This document shows positions 62,467 to 64,000 of a stretch of DNA of 64,000 bases, piece by piece. The stretch is from Setoptus koraiensis (lineage: Eukaryota > Animalia > Arthropoda): positions 11,408,001 to 11,472,000 of the forward strand of contig CM106586.1 in assembly GCA_048013815.1 (NCBI GenBank), written 5' to 3'. A program made the position numbers and the translations under genes. How positions within the stretch are numbered: the stretch's first letter is position 1; each line of letters starts with the position of its first letter. Under the pieces are notes generated by a model. That model was not told the DNA's origin. It did no database searches and saw only the letters and a list, made by a program, of their open reading frames with translations.

Positions 62467-63876
62467 ATGGCTATTTCATCACAGAAGCGTCTGTCCTACG
62501 AAAGGAAACTGGTTGCTCTGAGGAAAGGCCCCATCAACGATCATCAATTGACTATTTGGTGCGAAAAAGCCGTCAAGAGTGTGGTGAGAATATTGGGCAA
62601 CAAGGTTAGCCAATTGAAACTTTTGGAGAGTTGCATCAATCTAAAGGATCCCCAAACGGACTGTGTACTCGTTCCAAAGCTGTTCAATTGTAGATTGAGA
62701 ATATCGCATAGACGCGGCATGGCCAATGTGGTCTATTGTCGCCTGTGGCGCTGGCCCGACATACAGTCGCACCATCAAATTGAGTCCAGTTCCACCTGCA
62801 AGAACCCGTTTGATCCTAGAACGTCCACTAGTATTTGTATAAACCCTTATCACTATGAGCGCATTCAAAAGACACAACATGTTACATTCAAGTCTCTAAT
62901 ACCGCCCGATATTTCAACATCTAACGAGGATTATGACCAATCGTCGGCGTCGCCACAACAGCAACAGTGCCAACTGTTCAAGATGGCCACTTGTGCCTCT
63001 CAACTACAAGCAAAAAGATCCAGCTCCTCAGATAAAACAAGCCCACTGCCATCTGTTTCGGGCCTTGGTAATCAACATCAACATGCCAACACTGCCAACA
63101 CTCCAAGCACTCCTGCAAAACATCAGCTGGGCATAGCAAGCCTATATGACACAAACGAGGATCCTTACGCAATACCTAATCAAAATAGTCAAAATTGTCT
63201 ATCTCATTGTGCTGAGATGGAGGAAGAAGAAGAGTCGGGATGTCAACTTTTCATTGATGTACTAAGCCAGCCTGTGTATTGTGGCGGCAAGCCATTCTAT
63301 TTTGTCGATAGTAAATATTGGTGCTATATACTATATTATGAATATTCCCATAGGGTAGGCGAAAAATTTCAAACTAGATCACCCTCACTCGTTATAGATG
63401 GACACACCGGCTCGCCAAGCTCAAAAAGATTCTGTTTGGGATCGTTCGCAAATCCAAGCCGCAAAGAAGGCGTTAGCAAGGTAATAGGTCTCATAGGCAA
63501 AGGAGTCAGGTTGAATTATGTCAACGGTGATGTTTACGCCGAATGTTTGGGTGGCTCAAGTGTGTTTGTGCAAAGTTGCAATTGTAACAGACGTTACAGA
63601 TGGCATTCAGCTACTGTCATCAAGATTGAAACTGGAAATCATTTGAAAATTTTCAACACTAGAGATTTCGCACAATTAATGGCCAAAAGCATTGCTCATG
63701 GTTATGACGCAGTTCAATGGTTGTCCAAAATGTGTACAATAAGACTCAGTTTTGTTAAAGGCTGGGGTCAAGAGTACAAGAGAACCACCATATTCTCAAC
63801 ACCTTGCTGGATTGAGATTCAATTGAATGGGCCGCTCGAATGGCTAAATAAAGTACTAAGTCAAATGAGGTGCTAG
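62467..63876 (+). CDS. Divergent Smad-family protein (MH1 + MH2, R-Smad-derived), intronless, with no C-terminal SSXS
   Basis: MH1: WCEKAVKSVV...C...RLRISHRRG...VYCRLWRWPDI...C...CINPYHYERI. MH2: WCYILYYE...RVGEKF...RFCLG...IGKGVRL...VFVQSCNCN...LKIFN...MCTIRLSFVKGWGQEYKRTTIFSTPCWIEIQLNGPLEWLNKVLSQM, then RC-stop. First in-frame ATG at 62467, downstream of an acceptor TTACAG at 62403. Confidence 0.93.
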   Translation: MAISSQKRLSYERKLVALRKGPINDHQLTIWCEKAVKSVVRILGNKVSQLKLLESCINLKDPQTDCVLVPKLFNCRLRISHRRGMANVVYCRLWRWPDIQSHHQIESSSTCKNPFDPRTSTSICINPYHYERIQKTQHVTFKSLIPPDISTSNEDYDQSSASPQQQQCQLFKMATCASQLQAKRSSSSDKTSPLPSVSGLGNQHQHANTANTPSTPAKHQLGIASLYDTNEDPYAIPNQNSQNCLSHCAEMEEEEESGCQLFIDVLSQPVYCGGKPFYFVDSKYWCYILYYEYSHRVGEKFQTRSPSLVIDGHTGSPSSKRFCLGSFANPSRKEGVSKVIGLIGKGVRLNYVNGDVYAECLGGSSVFVQSCNCNRRYRWHSATVIKIETGNHLKIFNTRDFAQLMAKSIAHGYDAVQWLSKMCTIRLSFVKGWGQEYKRTTIFSTPCWIEIQLNGPLEWLNKVLSQMRC

Positions 63877-64000
63877 CTGTGATTGGAGGAGATTTTTTCC
63901 CTCTTCTCTACCGCAGCGGATGTCATGGCGCAAGTCGCAAGAGATATCTGCATAGTTTTAATCTGTTGCTGATATCGATTTATTTATTATAATCGCATTT

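Overview
Eukaryotic genomic DNA from a very compact animal genome. Short GT-AG introns, many intronless housekeeping genes and AAC/CA/GA microsatellites suggest an arthropod, probably a mite (inference). It is not prokaryotic, and I see no CRISPR array, rRNA or transposase. The window has three domains. (1) 1-28.1 kb is AT-richer and gene-dense, with mostly alternating gene orientation: DPM1, an acetyl-CoA hydrolase/CoA-transferase, CMC1, RSPRY1, NUDT3/Aps (absent from the ORF track, rebuilt from 4 exons), CAP, NDUFA6, NIP7, tRNA-Lys(UUU), LTV1, survivin, DR1/NC2beta and a mucin-like membrane protein. Inside it lies an accessory island (14.3-21.1 kb) with an R-x-P repeat tail-anchored orphan, a ~500-aa orphan membrane protein with one clear inverted pseudogene copy and possibly older remnants, and a 5-exon acid-lipase-family gene. 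(2) 28.2-62 kb is a largely non-coding, visibly GC-rich domain full of short tandem duplications and perfect palindromes, surrounding one large polyQ/polyN C2H2 zinc-finger gene. (3) At the right end is an intronless, divergent R-Smad-derived gene lacking the C-terminal SSXS phospho-tail and with an altered DNA-recognition hairpin; this is the most striking coding observation. All family assignments come from recalled motifs; no searches were run.
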